From a virus (lineage: Duplodnaviria; Heunggongvirae; Uroviricota; Caudoviricetes), in the IMG/VR virus record IMGVR_UViG_3300012352_000310, positions 1 to 64,000 of that record: a stretch of DNA of 64,000 nt, one strand, 5' to 3'. Position 1 is the first letter of the stretch, and every line of letters starts with the position of its first letter. Below are positions 63,833 to 64,000 of the stretch, one piece after another. The notes under the pieces are model-generated. The model made no database searches. It worked only from the letters and a program-made list of their open reading frames with translations, and was not told the DNA's origin. Made by a program: the position numbers and the translations under genes.

Positions 63833-63864
63833 TATTATACAACATACTCGATTATTTGTACAAT
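63833..63864 (-). promoter_or_regulatory. early promoter module driving the 63810-58335 operon
   Basis: TATTATACAACATACTCGATTATTTGTACA. Confidence 0.6.
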
Positions 63865-64000
63865 TTAGATATTTTTGTATGCAAACTCTATAGCACGTGA
63901 AGCTTCAACATTCAATGGACGTTTGGCGTAGCGGTTTGAGGTTTCACGATCAAGTTGACGTACAATCTCTACGATCTCGTATTCAGTAATCGGATACTGT
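63864..64000 (-). CDS. C-terminal part of a gene continuing beyond the window
   Basis: open minus frame ...RQLDRETSNRYAKRPLNVEASRAIEFAYKNI* ending ~63864. Confidence 0.3.

Overview
This window reads as a T4-like myovirus early region, most consistent with a KVP40-type 'schizo-T4-like' vibriophage (inference from gene content). Essentially every gene is on the minus strand. It begins with a ~5 kb tRNA island (coords 1-5100): about 35 minus-strand tRNA genes in two sub-arrays, interleaved with structured spacers and several aberrant tRNA-like elements. Next comes a hyperplastic block of ~80 small ORFs. Most sit behind one of ~30 copies of a near-identical sigma70-like early promoter module, read on the minus strand as TTGTACA-N17-TGnTATAAT followed by a conserved leader and AAGGA ribosome-binding site. 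Recognisable genes include ATP-dependent DNA ligase, T4-type RNase H, an SPFH lipoprotein, the nadV/natV NAD+ salvage pair, a Seg-like GIY-YIG homing endonuclease, and a one-carbon/deoxynucleotide block (class II aldolase, serine hydroxymethyltransferase, FAD oxidase, NrdB, NrdA, ThyX). A downstream block (43.0-58.3 kb) holds a spanin-like pair, an Ig-like protein, two paralogous highly charged repeat proteins, a phage-encoded Dps, a 907-aa protein with an NMNAT-like N-terminal domain behind a T4 late promoter (TATAAATA), a staphylococcal-nuclease homolog, a ligase-superfamily nucleotidyltransferase and two further genes behind a second late promoter. The window ends with an early operon for DNA/nucleotide modification: a C5-cytosine MTase-family protein, a GT-A-like glycosyltransferase, a SMUG-like UDG, an SLOG protein, dCMP deaminase, a gene-42-like dCMP hydroxymethylase, a DUF1599-like protein and a DenA-like GIY-YIG protein. 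No CRISPR arrays or rRNA genes were found, and there is no integrase signature. Coordinates of small ORFs and tRNA ends are approximate, within a few nt.
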